Of a stretch of DNA of 54,204 nt, positions 1 to 10,859 are shown piece after piece. How positions within the stretch are numbered: position 1 is the stretch's first letter; the number at the start of each line of letters is the position of its first letter. The position numbers were made by a program, and so were the translations under genes. Source of the DNA: Chitinophagaceae bacterium (lineage in GTDB: Bacteria > Bacteroidota > Bacteroidia > Chitinophagales > Chitinophagaceae); contig JBEPVC010000001.1 in NCBI GenBank assembly GCA_041691235.1, forward strand, positions 1 through 54,204, written 5' to 3'. Below the pieces are notes generated by a model. It did no database searches. It had not been told where the DNA came from and saw nothing but the letters and a program-made list of their open reading frames with translations.

Positions 1-115
1 TTATAACGGCGGTATTATTTATTTTTTTTTGAATCAAATGAGGTATTTATAACAAAAATAATAAACCATTCTTTCTTCATGAATGTAAATAATCACTGTA
101 GATTAAGATTTGGGA

Positions 116-853
116 TCAGAGACCGCTAAGTGTTAGCCCGACCTGGTACATTTTCATATCGGCTCCGGCACCGGTTTTTAGAACATTGCCAGGCTGATAA
201 GATCCGAAAATTGAAATAACGCCATAACCTACACGGGCAGTTGCCATAAACCGGGTTCCATTAATAAGACGCTTACTATTTTCTTTCTCTGTATAATTAA
301 TAAGTGTATTATTATTTTTATCCTGCAACTCTTTTCCTTTGGTATGAGCATTAATTATTGTTCCTATTTTACCTCCTATGGCAATTTTAAAACTTTTATT
401 AGGATCCAAAGGCTTTGAGGAGTATCTGAATTCCAAAGGGACCTCGGCATATCCTATTGCAAGTTTATATTTTTTGAAATGATTTGTTGAGTCAGCTGCA
501 GTAAAAGGCAATAAAGGCGACGATGTTTTAAGATCTATAGTTTCCCGTTTAAAAAATATATTACTTGTGCCAACACCTACCCCAATACCTATACTGAATT
601 TCGGCGAAGTTCTAAAAGGTTTGTCGAACATAAAATATGCATTAAACCCTCTTGAAAATCCTTTTTGATGGCTCGATATGCTGTCGGGCATTGAAGTCCA
701 GTGATCAGAAGAAATTTGTATCATTAAGTGATCGCTTGGCCTGTTAGATAATTTAATCTTTTTGATATTTGAAGAAGTTGAGGTAGTTGAGTCCTGCGAA
801 AAAGCAAATGAAAAAAACAAGCAACTAATCACAGCAAAAACAATTTTCTTCAT
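116..853 (-). CDS. Outer-membrane beta-barrel (porin/PorT-like family) protein
   Basis: N-terminal signal peptide (MKKIVFAVISCLFFSFAFSQ), amphipathic beta-strands, YAEVPLEFRY motif typical of Bacteroidota OMP beta-barrel proteins. Confidence 0.75.
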   Translation of the reverse strand: MKKIVFAVISCLFFSFAFSQDSTTSTSSNIKKIKLSNRPSDHLMIQISSDHWTSMPDSISSHQKGFSRGFNAYFMFDKPFRTSPKFSIGIGVGVGTSNIFFKRETIDLKTSSPLLPFTAADSTNHFKKYKLAIGYAEVPLEFRYSSKPLDPNKSFKIAIGGKIGTIINAHTKGKELQDKNNNTLINYTEKENSKRLINGTRFMATARVGYGVISIFGSYQPGNVLKTGAGADMKMYQVGLTLSGL

Positions 854-871
854 AAATTCTGGTTAAGTTGG

Positions 872-879
872 CAAATGTA
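872..879 (-). promoter_or_regulatory. Bacteroidota -7 promoter box (TACATTTG) for the porin gene
   Basis: Matches TAnnTTTG about 20 nt upstream of the ATG at 853. Confidence 0.55.
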
Positions 880-909
880 TTTGTTACATGGTTAAAGAAA
901 GGTTAAACA

Positions 910-939
910 ATAAAGCCTGCAAATGCTTGCAGGCTTTAT
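910..939 (-). terminator. Intrinsic terminator downstream of the tRNA
   Basis: 13-bp inverted repeat ATAAAGCCTGCAA/TTGCAGGCTTTAT with a 4-nt loop and T-rich tails on both strands. Confidence 0.75.
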
Positions 940-975
940 CTTTTAAAGACATCAAACAAAGCTTCTATCCTTGCG

Positions 976-1049
976 TGGGCCCACCTGGGCTCGAACCAGG
1001 GACCACCTGATTATGAGTCAGGTGCTCTAACCAACTGAGCTATAGGCCC
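976..1049 (-). tRNA. tRNA with CAT anticodon, most likely tRNA-Ile2 (lysidine-modified); CCA not encoded
   Basis: Reverse complement GGGCCTATAGCTCAGTTGGTTAGAGCACCTGACTCATAATCAGGTGGTCCCTGGTTCGAGCCCAGGTGGGCCCA: full cloverleaf, anticodon arm CCTGA-CT-CAT-AA-TCAGG, TTCGA T-loop; lacks the initiator GGG/CCC anticodon-stem pairs. Confidence 0.93.
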
Positions 1050-1076
1050 GATACCGCTGTCGGTAAAAAAGGAGTG

Positions 1077-1084
1077 CAAAAATA
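1077..1084 (-). promoter_or_regulatory. -7 promoter box (TATTTTTG) for the tRNA
   Basis: TAnnTTTG match about 28 nt upstream of the tRNA 5' end. Confidence 0.6.
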
Positions 1085-1118
1085 GAAAAATTCGTTAAGT
1101 GAAAAGAAATAATTTTCT

Positions 1119-1739
1119 TTGATGATGCAAAAAATTGATACAATTATATTTGATCTTGGAGGTGTAATATTAGATATTGATTATAATCTTACCCAAATTG
1201 CTTTCGAAAAACTAGGTGTAAAAAATTTTGACGAAATGTACTCACAATCTACAGCCGATAAGCTTTTTCAAAAGCTTGAAACCGGTAAAATTTCTGATGA
1301 GAATTTTTATAATGAAATAAATAAATGCACGCGTTTGGAATTATCACCTGTTGAAATTGAGAATGCATGGGATGCCATGTTATTAAATTTTCGCGAAAAA
1401 AGCCTCCGGTTTCTTGATGCAATTAAGCCCAGGTACAAATTATTTTTACTCAGCAATACGAATGGCATTCATCATCCCGCGTTTAATAAAATTTATTACA
1501 ATACAAAAAGAGAAAAACCTTTTGAGAATTTTTTTGATAAGGCTTATTATTCGTTTGAAATTGGATTAAGAAAACCCGATTTTGAATGTTATGACTGGGT
1601 ATTAAAGCAAAATAATCTTGTTGCGGCCGATACACTTTTTATTGACGACTCTGTACAAAACATAGAAGCAGCAAGGCTTGCAGGAATGAAAGTGATTCTC
1701 TTAAAGACCGGAGAATTTATAGAAAACCTTGGCTTGTAA
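1119..1739 (+). CDS. HAD-family phosphatase (YihX-like)
   Basis: Motif I FDLGGV, motif II LSNTN, RKP, FIDDS motif IV. Confidence 0.9.
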   Translation: MMMQKIDTIIFDLGGVILDIDYNLTQIAFEKLGVKNFDEMYSQSTADKLFQKLETGKISDENFYNEINKCTRLELSPVEIENAWDAMLLNFREKSLRFLDAIKPRYKLFLLSNTNGIHHPAFNKIYYNTKREKPFENFFDKAYYSFEIGLRKPDFECYDWVLKQNNLVAADTLFIDDSVQNIEAARLAGMKVILLKTGEFIENLGL

Positions 1740-1740
1740 T

Positions 1741-1995
1741 TTATTTTACTTCCTCAAATTCAATATAATCACCTTCTTTTTTTTGCTGTGGCGCAGTAGT
1801 TTGAGGCCTCACGTTTTGCGAAGAATTTTGTTGAGACTGGTATGAACTCATATCATTTTGCATTTTGCTATGCATTTCACTAAACTGCTTTCGTATTTTT
1901 TTTGTAGACTGGTAAACGGGTATTATAAACTCAAATATCAGCTTGTATAAAATATAGATTAAGAAAAGCTCAGCGGCTAAACGAAAAATATTCAT
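1741..1995 (-). CDS. Small membrane-anchored protein (DUF4834-like)
   Basis: N-terminal TM helix, Q-rich linker, C-terminal GDYIEFEEVK typical of this Bacteroidota family. Confidence 0.75.
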   Translation of the reverse strand: MNIFRLAAELFLIYILYKLIFEFIIPVYQSTKKIRKQFSEMHSKMQNDMSSYQSQQNSSQNVRPQTTAPQQKKEGDYIEFEEVK

Positions 1996-2053
1996 TCAAC
2001 AAAAATAAATATTAAATTATTATCCCAACTTTGAAAAAATCACTTTAACATAA

Positions 2054-2086
2054 TTTGGTGTGTATTTCTTATTTATAGTATATTTG
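2054..2086 (+). promoter_or_regulatory. Bacteroidota housekeeping promoter of rimP-nusA-infB
   Basis: TTTG (2054-2057), 21-nt spacer, TATATTTG (2079-2086). Confidence 0.75.
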
Positions 2087-2105
2087 CATTGGCAAAAGAA
2101 TCATT

Positions 2106-2138
2106 GAAGGGAACGGAAGCGTTCCCTTCTTCTTTTTT
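2106..2138 (+). promoter_or_regulatory. Leader hairpin/attenuator-like terminator in the rimP 5' UTR
   Basis: Perfect 10-bp stem GAAGGGAACG/CGTTCCCTTC, GAAG loop, followed by TTCTTTTTT, between promoter and ATG 2161. Confidence 0.7.
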
Positions 2139-2160
2139 CAAAATTTTTTGTGCAGTTATA

Positions 2161-2631
2161 ATGAATATTGGAACACCTTTAAAAAGTATTGAAGATTTTG
2201 TAGCAGGAATTACTTCGCAATCAAAAACAGTTTTTCCCGTAGAAATAAAGATGTCGCCGGCTAATGATATTAAAGTGTTTCTTGATGCCGATGATGGAAT
2301 TACCATAGAGAAGTGTACGGTAATTAATAAAGCTCTTTATAAATATATTGAAGATGCGGCGCTTTTTCCCGATGGAAATTTTTCTCTTGAAGTTTCTTCT
2401 CCTGGTGTAGATGAGCCTTTAAAACTGTACCGCCAGTATATAAAAAATGTTGGCCGTAAAGTGGAAGTGCTGTTAAGTGATGGAGCTACAATAGAAGGCA
2501 CGCTTTCAAATGTAAGCGACAACGAAATAACCATAGAAGAAAAAACCGGCGGAGGAAATAAGGCAATAACTAAATCAACAATAATATTATTTAATCAGGT
2601 AAAGCACACAACTGTGCTGGTAACTTTTTAA
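2161..2631 (+). CDS. rimP: Ribosome maturation factor RimP
   Basis: LEVSSPG motif, directly upstream of nusA; true start probably ATG 2161, since the ORF-track start at 2089 lies in the promoter/leader. Confidence 0.92.
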   Translation: MNIGTPLKSIEDFVAGITSQSKTVFPVEIKMSPANDIKVFLDADDGITIEKCTVINKALYKYIEDAALFPDGNFSLEVSSPGVDEPLKLYRQYIKNVGRKVEVLLSDGATIEGTLSNVSDNEITIEEKTGGGNKAITKSTIILFNQVKHTTVLVTF

Positions 2632-2641
2632 AAAACAGACA

Positions 2642-3892
2642 ATGGCGAGTATTAATTTAATTGAATCCTTCCAGGAATTCAAAGACGCAGAAAACATTGA
2701 CCGGCCAACACTCATGAAGGTGATGGAGGATGTTTTTAAAACACTCATCCGTAAAAAATACGGTTCGGATGAAAATTTTGATGTAATCGTAAACGATCAA
2801 AAAGGGGATCTGGAAATTTTTCGCCGTAGAACTATCGTTGATGATGACGACTTGTACAATACGCTTACAGAAATTGAATACAAAGATGCTATAAAAATAG
2901 AGCCCGATTACCAGGTAGGAGAAGAATTATATGAAGAAGTTGATATTCAAAAAGAATTTGGAAGACGGGCTATACTTGCCGGAAAGCAAACGCTTGCAAG
3001 CCGTATTAATGATCTTAAAAAGAATATTCTTATAAAAAAATATGAAGACAGAGTCGGCGAAATTGTAAGCGGCGAAGTTTACCAGGTTTGGAAAAAAGAA
3101 ATTTTGTTACTTGACGAAGAGGGAAATGAAATGTTGCTTCCCAAGTCAGAACAAATACCTTCCGATTATTTTAAAAAGGGGGAAACAATAAGAGCGGTTG
3201 TAAAAAAAGTAGAATTAAAAAACAGCCAGGCTGTTATTATTGTTTCAAGAACTGATACTTCGTTTTTAGCCAAACTGCTTGAAATAGAAGTTCCTGAAAT
3301 TTTTGATGGCCTTATTGTAATTAAAAAAATCGTAAGGGACCCAGGTGAAAGAGCAAAAGTTGCAGTGGAAAGTTTTGACGATCGTATTGATCCTGTAGGA
3401 GCTTGTGTTGGTATGAAGGGCAGCCGTATTCATGGTATTGTGCGTGAACTTAAAAATGAAAATATTGATGTTATCAATTGGACGAATAATATTCAGCTTT
3501 TAATACAACGGTCTCTTACACCTGCAAAGATTACAAGTATGGATGTTGATCTTGAAGCAAAACATGCTAATGTATATTTAAAACCCGACCAGGTTTCATT
3601 GGCAATCGGACGCAGGGGAGTTAATATTAAATTGGCTTGCGAGTTAACTGGCCTTGAACTGGATGTATTCCGCGATAATGAAGGTGAAGTTGAAGAATAC
3701 GATGTGGATTTGGATGAATTTACTGATGAGATTGAAGAATGGATAATAGATGAGTTGAAAAAAATTGGATGCGATACAGCAAAAAGCGTTTTGCAATTGT
3801 CTGATGAAGAATTAGAAAGAAGAACAGATTTGGAAAAAGAAACTATTACTGAAGTAAAAAAGATATTAAAAGAAGAATTTGCAAGCGAATAA
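2642..3892 (+). CDS. nusA: Transcription termination/antitermination factor NusA
   Basis: RAKVAV, IDPVGACVGMKGSRI, SLAIGRRG S1/KH motifs; operon position. Confidence 0.98.
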   Translation: MASINLIESFQEFKDAENIDRPTLMKVMEDVFKTLIRKKYGSDENFDVIVNDQKGDLEIFRRRTIVDDDDLYNTLTEIEYKDAIKIEPDYQVGEELYEEVDIQKEFGRRAILAGKQTLASRINDLKKNILIKKYEDRVGEIVSGEVYQVWKKEILLLDEEGNEMLLPKSEQIPSDYFKKGETIRAVVKKVELKNSQAVIIVSRTDTSFLAKLLEIEVPEIFDGLIVIKKIVRDPGERAKVAVESFDDRIDPVGACVGMKGSRIHGIVRELKNENIDVINWTNNIQLLIQRSLTPAKITSMDVDLEAKHANVYLKPDQVSLAIGRRGVNIKLACELTGLELDVFRDNEGEVEEYDVDLDEFTDEIEEWIIDELKKIGCDTAKSVLQLSDEELERRTDLEKETITEVKKILKEEFASE

Positions 3893-3997
3893 AATATTTT
3901 CTTTTACTTTAAAAGATGATTTCTTTTTTAAAAACATAATTTTAAACATAAAACAAAATCCCTTCTTTATTAAAAGAGAAGGCAAGGGAGAGGCTTA

Positions 3998-6751
3998 ATG
4001 GCAGAAGTAAATACACCACGGGTAATGGCAGCGGCCAAAGAATTTAATATAGGTACAGGTACCTTGACTGACTTCCTTGTGTCCAAAGGCTTTGAGACTG
4101 CCGATCTTAAGCCAAGTTCAAAAATTTCGGAAGAAATGTACCGCGTATTGCAGATAGAATTTCAACCGGATAAAGCTGCAAAACAAAAAGCTGAGCAAGT
4201 TGATCTTCCAAAAAATGCGGTTACTGATTTCAAAAAAAGAAGAGATGAACAAGATCTTTCCTTTACCAAAAAAGAAGCTCCAAAAACAAAAGAAATTACT
4301 CCGGTAATTGAAGAACATGTAGAGGAAAAACCAGCCGAAAACCCTTCTGTCACTAGTTCAAAAGTGGTTGAAGAGTTACCGGTACAGCCTGATATTACAA
4401 AGATAGAAGCGCCCGAAGTTGAGCTTCCTAAAATTGTTGACAAAATTGATTTAAGTACTATCGATTCTTCAACAAGGCCAAAAAAAGGAGCAAAGAAAAA
4501 GGAACCTGTTGCAAAAACATCAACTGCAAAATCAAAGGATAAGGAAACCAAAGAAGAAACTGCAAAAGAAATTCAACCGGTTTCAGGTCCGGAAAAAATA
4601 GAGCCTGTTGTAATTACAAATATTAAATCGGTCAAACTTGAAGGGCCCAAAATATTAGGTAAAATTGAGCTCCCGGCCAATAACGAGGTCAAGCCAAAAC
4701 CTATTGACGAAAGACGAAAACGAAAACGCATTCCGGTTGATAAAAAACAACCTGATCATCCTCCCGGAAATTTTCAACGTCCTCAATCGCCAAGGCCGCC
4801 CGCCAGGTTCAACAGGAATGCACCTGTACATTCACGACGTGAAGAAAAAGAAATTGATCAAAAAGAAATACAGGATAAAATAAAAGAAACGCAGGCTAAG
4901 CTTGCAGGCTCCGGAGGAAGAGGTAAAAGTTTAAAAGCAAAATACCGCAAAGCTAAAAGAGAAGAAGCTGCAGAAAATGTAGGCGAAGAAATTATAGACA
5001 ATAAATTACAGGTTACAGAATTCATCTCAGTTAGCGAGTTTGCAAATCTTATGGATGTAAGTTTTGCAGACGTTATAAGCAAATGCATGAGTCTTGGTAT
5101 TATGGTTTCTATTAATCAGCGGCTTGAGGCTGATGTAATAGAACTCGTTGCAAGCGAGTTCAACTATGAAGTTGAATTTATAGGTATCGATGATGAAGCA
5201 GAATTTGAAGAAGAAGAGGAAGAAGACAATGATGAGAATCTTGTGCCAAGGCCACCGATTGTTACCATTATGGGTCACGTTGATCATGGTAAAACTTCCC
5301 TGCTCGATTATATACGAAAAGCAAATGTAATTGCAGGTGAAGCCGGCGGAATAACACAGCATATAGGAGCTTACGAGGTTACGCTTAAAGATGGCAGATC
5401 TATTACTTTTTTAGATACGCCCGGCCATGAAGCATTTACGGCTATGCGTGCCCGTGGTGCAAAGGTTACCGATATCGCTGTGATAGTAATCGCGGCGGAT
5501 GATGCTGTAATGCCTCAAACAAAGGAAGCAATCTCGCACGCACAAGCTGCAAATGTTCCTATGATTTTTGCGCTCAATAAAATTGATAAGGAAGGCGCGA
5601 ACCCTCAAAAAATAAAAGAGCAACTTTCTACAATGAATATTCTTGTGGAAGATTGGGGCGGTAAATACCAAAGCCAGGAAATAAGCGCCAGGCAAGGGTT
5701 ACATGTTGATGAGCTTCTTGATAAAATATTGCTTGAAGCAGATCTGCTTGAGTTAAAAGCCAATCCCGATAAAGGTGCAAGTGGTTCAGTAATTGAAGCG
5801 TCGCTTGATAAAGGCCGTGGATATGTGGCTACTATATTAGTACAAAATGGAACTTTAAAACAAGGAGATCTTTTAGTTTCAGGCCAAAATTATGGAAGAG
5901 TAAAAGCAATGTTTAACGAGCGCAATCAGCGCACGGAAAAAGCACCTCCTGCTACTCCTGTATTAATTCTTGGATTAAATGGCGCACCACAAGCCGGTGA
6001 AACATTTAAAGTTTATGAAGACGAATCCGAAGCGAAGGATACTGCGAACAGAAGAGCGCAAATTCTTCGTGAGCAGGGAATACGGGCCAAGAAACATATT
6101 ACACTCGATGAAATAGGACGCAGACTTGCCTTAGGAAATTTCAAAGAGCTTAACCTGATTATACGGGGTGATGTGGATGGATCAGTAGAAGCTTTAAGTG
6201 ATTCGCTGCAAAAATTAAGTACCGAAGAAATTGTCGTAAGCATCGTCCACAAAGGTGTTGGGCAAATAACAGAGAGCGATGTGTTATTGGCGACAGCTTC
6301 AGATGCAGTTATAATAGGATTTAACGTAAGGCCCGCATTGCAGGCGTCAAAGCTGGCAGAGCATGAAGGTGTAGAAATTAAAACTTATTCTATTATTTAC
6401 GATGCAATAGATGAAGTGAAGAGTGCAATGGAAGGTATGCTTGAACCAAAAATCCAGGAAAAAATTCTTGGAATATTAGAAGTAAAGGAAACGTATAAAT
6501 TCGATAAGATAAGTGTTGCCGGGTGTACAGTTATTGAAGGAAAAATTGCCCGCAACAACCGTATACGTTTGGTTCGGGATGGTATTATAATTTTTACCGG
6601 CGAGCTCGGAAGCCTCAAGCGTTTTAAAGATGACGTGAAAGAGGTAACTACTAATATGGAGTGCGGCGTAAGCATTAAGAATTACAGTGACACAAGGCCC
6701 GGAGATATGATTGAAGCCTTTGAAGAAGTTGAAATAAAGCGGACTCTATAA
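3998..6751 (+). CDS. infB: Translation initiation factor IF-2
   Basis: [22 protein letters not shown] GTPase motifs; [13 protein letters not shown]-terminus. Confidence 0.99.
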   Translation: MAEVNTPRVMAAAKEFNIGTGTLTDFLVSKGFETADLKPSSKISEEMYRVLQIEFQPDKAAKQKAEQVDLPKNAVTDFKKRRDEQDLSFTKKEAPKTKEITPVIEEHVEEKPAENPSVTSSKVVEELPVQPDITKIEAPEVELPKIVDKIDLSTIDSSTRPKKGAKKKEPVAKTSTAKSKDKETKEETAKEIQPVSGPEKIEPVVITNIKSVKLEGPKILGKIELPANNEVKPKPIDERRKRKRIPVDKKQPDHPPGNFQRPQSPRPPARFNRNAPVHSRREEKEIDQKEIQDKIKETQAKLAGSGGRGKSLKAKYRKAKREEAAENVGEEIIDNKLQVTEFISVSEFANLMDVSFADVISKCMSLGIMVSINQRLEADVIELVASEFNYEVEFIGIDDEAEFEEEEEEDNDENLVPRPPIVTIMGHVDHGKTSLLDYIRKANVIAGEAGGITQHIGAYEVTLKDGRSITFLDTPGHEAFTAMRARGAKVTDIAVIVIAADDAVMPQTKEAISHAQAANVPMIFALNKIDKEGANPQKIKEQLSTMNILVEDWGGKYQSQEISARQGLHVDELLDKILLEADLLELKANPDKGASGSVIEASLDKGRGYVATILVQNGTLKQGDLLVSGQNYGRVKAMFNERNQRTEKAPPATPVLILGLNGAPQAGETFKVYEDESEAKDTANRRAQILREQGIRAKKHITLDEIGRRLALGNFKELNLIIRGDVDGSVEALSDSLQKLSTEEIVVSIVHKGVGQITESDVLLATASDAVIIGFNVRPALQASKLAEHEGVEIKTYSIIYDAIDEVKSAMEGMLEPKIQEKILGILEVKETYKFDKISVAGCTVIEGKIARNNRIRLVRDGIIIFTGELGSLKRFKDDVKEVTTNMECGVSIKNYSDTRPGDMIEAFEEVEIKRTL

Positions 6752-6899
6752 AGTTTGGGGTCGTTGAATTCTTTAACAAAACTGCTCCAACATTTAACTT
6801 TTCAAAAAAACATCCCACGTTTTACAATTGTATTTTTGGCTCGCTTTCTTTTGAAAATTCAAAAGAATATATTGCCATTTACAAACTGAATATTTACAG

Positions 6900-8261
6900 A
6901 TGAAAAAAAGTTTAGTTACAATTTGCTTCGTCGCGATGGCGTGTACTTTATTTGCCCAGACAAAAAAAGTAGTGGCAGATAAAATAATTGCAACAGTTGG
7001 TGATAAAATAGTTCTTAAAAGTGAGATTGAAAATAATATTTCAGACATGCAACGCCAGGGAATTGATGTTCCCGCAAACGGAAGATGTCTTTTGTTGGAG
7101 CAGGCCCTTGGTCTAAAAGCATTGGTGCTACAGGCTGAAATTGATTCTATTCCTGTATCGGATGAAGACGTTGATGCAGATATTGATAATAAAATCAGGT
7201 ATTTTATTAATCAATATGGATCAAAAGATGTTGTAGAACAAATTGCAGGAAAATCAATTTTCCAACTTAAAGAAGATTTCAGGCAAACAATTCGTGAGCA
7301 AAAGCTTGCACAAGGTGAGCGTGATAAAATTGTCGCCGACATAAGAATAACTCCAAAAGAAGTTGAAGAATATTATGATTCTATTCCAAAAGATAGTCTT
7401 CATTTTTATGAATCAGAACTTGAGATAGGAGAGATTGTTATTTATCCGAAAGCCAGTCGCGATTTGGAAAGCTATGCAATTGATCAATTGAAAGAATATA
7501 AACAAGAAGTTGAAAGTGGCTCAAAAAAGTTTGAAGCGCTTGCCTCTTTATATACTGACGATCCGGGAAGTAAAGATAATGGAGGAAGATATGAAATTAA
7601 CAGGAATGAAAAAACATGGGATCCTATATTTCTGGCGAAAGCCTTTAGCCTGAAAGATGGCCAGGTTTCTAACGTTTTTAAAACAAGATTCGGTTATCAC
7701 ATTATTCAAATGGTAAGCCGTAATGGAGATGATGCGGTAATAAGGCATATTTTGAAAATACCACAGGTAAGTTCTATTGAAGTAAACGAAGCAAAGGGAA
7801 AACTAGATTCTGTTCGACAACAACTTGTTGCCGGAACACTTCAATTTGGCCAGGCTGTTTCGAAATATAGTGAAGATGAAAACAGTAAGTTTACAGGGGG
7901 CCGTATTCCTGCAAGAGATGGTGGCACTTTCACAACGATAGATCAACTTGATAAAGATTTGGTATTAATGTTGAAAGATTTGAAGGTGGGTGAATATTCT
8001 CAACCCGTTGAATTTACCGACGCCCAGGGTAAAAAAGCTACACGCATCGTTGAGATTTTAACCAAAACAGAGCCTCATCGTGAAAACCTGAAAGATGATT
8101 ATGACAAGGTTTCCCAAAGAGCATTGGAGGAAAAGAAAAATGATGTTTTGGAGAAATGGTTTGTCCAAAAAATCCCAACATTTTATGTAAAGCTTTCTGA
8201 TGAATATAAATCTTGCCCCGAAATGCAGAAATGGCAGGCAAACACTACAGTTCAAAAATAA
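6900..8261 (+). CDS. surA: SurA-like periplasmic peptidyl-prolyl isomerase
   Basis: Signal peptide, DKIIATVG SurA N-domain, two parvulin domains (TRFGYHIIQ; YSEDENSKFTGG). Confidence 0.8.
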   Translation: MKKSLVTICFVAMACTLFAQTKKVVADKIIATVGDKIVLKSEIENNISDMQRQGIDVPANGRCLLLEQALGLKALVLQAEIDSIPVSDEDVDADIDNKIRYFINQYGSKDVVEQIAGKSIFQLKEDFRQTIREQKLAQGERDKIVADIRITPKEVEEYYDSIPKDSLHFYESELEIGEIVIYPKASRDLESYAIDQLKEYKQEVESGSKKFEALASLYTDDPGSKDNGGRYEINRNEKTWDPIFLAKAFSLKDGQVSNVFKTRFGYHIIQMVSRNGDDAVIRHILKIPQVSSIEVNEAKGKLDSVRQQLVAGTLQFGQAVSKYSEDENSKFTGGRIPARDGGTFTTIDQLDKDLVLMLKDLKVGEYSQPVEFTDAQGKKATRIVEILTKTEPHRENLKDDYDKVSQRALEEKKNDVLEKWFVQKIPTFYVKLSDEYKSCPEMQKWQANTTVQK

Positions 8262-8347
8262 AATCACAGCTACTTTTAAAACATTAGCTTTTATTAACTG
8301 CGCTCCTCTTTATTTTGTTTAAAATAACAATACTTATTCTCACCAGT

Positions 8348-8379
8348 CTTGGCACGTCCTTAATAATGATGTAAATTTG
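8348..8379 (+). promoter_or_regulatory. Promoter of purF
   Basis: CTTG, 20-nt spacer, TAAATTTG. Confidence 0.55.
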
Positions 8380-8395
8380 CGCTTCATTTTAATAA

Positions 8396-10243
8396 ATGAG
8401 CGACGAAATAAAACATGAATGCGGGCTCGCGTTCATAAGATTACGCAAACCTTTCTCCTTTTACCGGCAAAAATATGGTACCGTTCTTTATGGGCTTAAT
8501 AAGCTGTATCTTCTTATGGAGAAGCAGCATAATCGCGGACAGGATGGAGCGGGCATAGCAAGCGTAAAACTGAATACAGAACCCGGCTATCCTTTTCTTC
8601 ACCGCATGCGGAGCTCCGCCAACCAGGCAATTGCTGATATCTTCGCGCAAATAGGCGCACAAATAAATGAAATTGAAAAATATCATCCGGATATACAGCA
8701 ACATCCAGGGTTGATGAAAGGACACATAGATTTTTTAGGAGAATTGTTACTTGGCCATTTGCGATATGGCACGCAAGGAAAAAACAATGTACAATTTTGC
8801 CACCCATTTATTAAGCGTGATACTATTCCTGCCCGTAATCTAGCGCTTGCCGGTAATTTCAATCTCGTAAATAAAGAAGAATTATTTTCTTTAATAAACG
8901 CACATCCCGATGAACTTGACCGGCAAAGTGATCTTGGTGCAATGATGGATGTAATTCATCATTTTCTTGTAAAAGCAGATGAATCATCGCCTGTAAATAC
9001 TGATATAGTCCAGGTATTAAAAAAATCCGTTTCATTGTTTGATGGCGGCTTTACTTTCGGAGGCTTAACTGGCAGCGGAATCGGCTTTGTGGTAAGAGAT
9101 GCCAATGGCATACGTCCTTGTTATTATTATGCGAACGACGAAGTTATTATTGCTGCAAGCGAGCGTGCAGCTATTCGCACCTCATTGAATGTGGGGGAAA
9201 ATGAAGTAAAAGAATTAATGCCCGGTACAGCTTTAATAGCTTATCCCGACGGCAATTTTTCAATAGAACAAATATTAGAGCCTAAGGAAAGAAAGGCTTG
9301 CAGCTTCGAACGAATATATTTTTCAAGAGGCAGTGATGAAAAAATTTATCGCGAAAGAAATGCGTTAGGTTACCATCTTAGTGAAGCTGTTCTTAGAGCT
9401 GTTAATTACGATCTTAAAAACACTATTTTTTCTTTTATTCCTAATACAGCCGAGATCGCTTTTTATGGCTTATTGAAGGGAGCAGAAGATTACCTGAACA
9501 AAACCAAAGTTGAAAGAATATTGAGTTGGGATAAAGACTTTGATGAAGAGAAGCTAACGGCAATGATTAATCGAAAAGTAAGGATTGAAAAAATTGCCAT
9601 CAAAGATGTAAAGCTGCGCACCTTTATTACGGCAGACACCAGTCGCAATGAAATGGTTCAGCATGTTTACGATATTACTTATGGGACTGTAAGAAAAGGT
9701 GAAGATACTTTGGTTGTTATTGACGACTCCATTGTAAGAGGTACAACCTTGAGAGAAAGTATAATACGCATGTTGTCAAGGCTTGAGCCTAAAAGAATCA
9801 TTGTGGTGTCTTCGGCTCCGCAAATTCGTTACCCTGATTGTTATGGAATTGATATGAGTAAGCTGGGTGAATTTGTTGCCTTCAAAGCAGCCATGGCATT
9901 AATAAAAGAAAGATGTATGGAACACGTCCTGCTTGAGCTTGTTGACAAATGCCATCAACTAAAACGAAATAATCGCTTGGATACCGAAAACGTGGTAAGG
10001 CATGTTTATAAGCCTTTCACTGTGGCAGAAATTTCAAAAAAAATTGCTGAGCTTATAACCCCGGAAGAAATTACTGTTCCGGTAGATGTAATTTATCAAA
10101 CCATTGAAGACCTCCACGATAGTTGCCCAACCAATTTAGGCGATTGGTATTTCACAGGTAACTATCCTACTCCCGGCGGCAATCGTGTTGTAAATAATGC
10201 ATTTCTTAACTATATGGAAGGAAAAAATGTAAGGGCTTATTAA
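8396..10243 (+). CDS. purF: Amidophosphoribosyltransferase (Bacteroidota long form)
   Basis: Propeptide then catalytic Cys (HE-CG), QHNRGQDGAG, GHLRYGT, CSFERIYF, PRPP motif VVIDDSIVRGTT, PDCYGIDM. Confidence 0.92.
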   Translation: MSDEIKHECGLAFIRLRKPFSFYRQKYGTVLYGLNKLYLLMEKQHNRGQDGAGIASVKLNTEPGYPFLHRMRSSANQAIADIFAQIGAQINEIEKYHPDIQQHPGLMKGHIDFLGELLLGHLRYGTQGKNNVQFCHPFIKRDTIPARNLALAGNFNLVNKEELFSLINAHPDELDRQSDLGAMMDVIHHFLVKADESSPVNTDIVQVLKKSVSLFDGGFTFGGLTGSGIGFVVRDANGIRPCYYYANDEVIIAASERAAIRTSLNVGENEVKELMPGTALIAYPDGNFSIEQILEPKERKACSFERIYFSRGSDEKIYRERNALGYHLSEAVLRAVNYDLKNTIFSFIPNTAEIAFYGLLKGAEDYLNKTKVERILSWDKDFDEEKLTAMINRKVRIEKIAIKDVKLRTFITADTSRNEMVQHVYDITYGTVRKGEDTLVVIDDSIVRGTTLRESIIRMLSRLEPKRIIVVSSAPQIRYPDCYGIDMSKLGEFVAFKAAMALIKERCMEHVLLELVDKCHQLKRNNRLDTENVVRHVYKPFTVAEISKKIAELITPEEITVPVDVIYQTIEDLHDSCPTNLGDWYFTGNYPTPGGNRVVNNAFLNYMEGKNVRAY

Positions 10244-10304
10244 ATTGAATTGTTATTACATCTGTTGAATTGTTTTTAATTATTTAACTTAATCAATCAA
10301 CATA

Positions 10305-10796
10305 ATGAAAACGCTTCTTGTTATACGTCATGCCAAAAGCAGTTGGGATAATTTAGATTGTACAGATGAAGAAAGGCCTTTAAATGACAGGGGAAAAAAA
10401 GATGCACCTGTATTGGCTAAAAGAATAAAGGATAGAAAAATAAAAATAGATCGTTTCGTATCAAGCCCTGCGGTGCGTGCAAAAAAAACTGCGATTCTTT
10501 TTATGAAGGAATATGACGAGAAAGAAAAAAACCTGGTTATCATTCCTTCTTTGTATGAAGCCTCAATAAGAAATTTTAATGATGCCGCAGAAACATTTAG
10601 CGATAAGGATCACACGGTTGCACTTTTCTCACATAACCCCGGCATAACTGATTTTGTCAATACACTTACTGAAGTGAATCTTGATAATATGCCCACCTGC
10701 TCTGTATTTGCAGTTGAAGTTAAAACAAAGGAATGGAAAGAATTTAGAACTGCTAAAAAAGAATTTCTTTTTTTTGATTACCCGAAAAAATCCTGA
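10305..10796 (+). CDS. sixA: SixA-family phosphohistidine phosphatase
   Basis: RHAKS, SSPAVRA, SHNPG motifs. Confidence 0.85.
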   Translation: MKTLLVIRHAKSSWDNLDCTDEERPLNDRGKKDAPVLAKRIKDRKIKIDRFVSSPAVRAKKTAILFMKEYDEKEKNLVIIPSLYEASIRNFNDAAETFSDKDHTVALFSHNPGITDFVNTLTEVNLDNMPTCSVFAVEVKTKEWKEFRTAKKEFLFFDYPKKS

Positions 10797-10859
10797 GGCA
10801 ACCCCAGCCAATAGATTTGCTTTTCATTAATTTTCATTCACTTAATTTTATAAAAAAAC

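Noticed and set aside
2089-2160. 24-aa N-terminal extension of RimP in the ORF track
   Set aside because: It overlaps the likely transcription start and leader hairpin; ATG 2161 gives a normal-length RimP.
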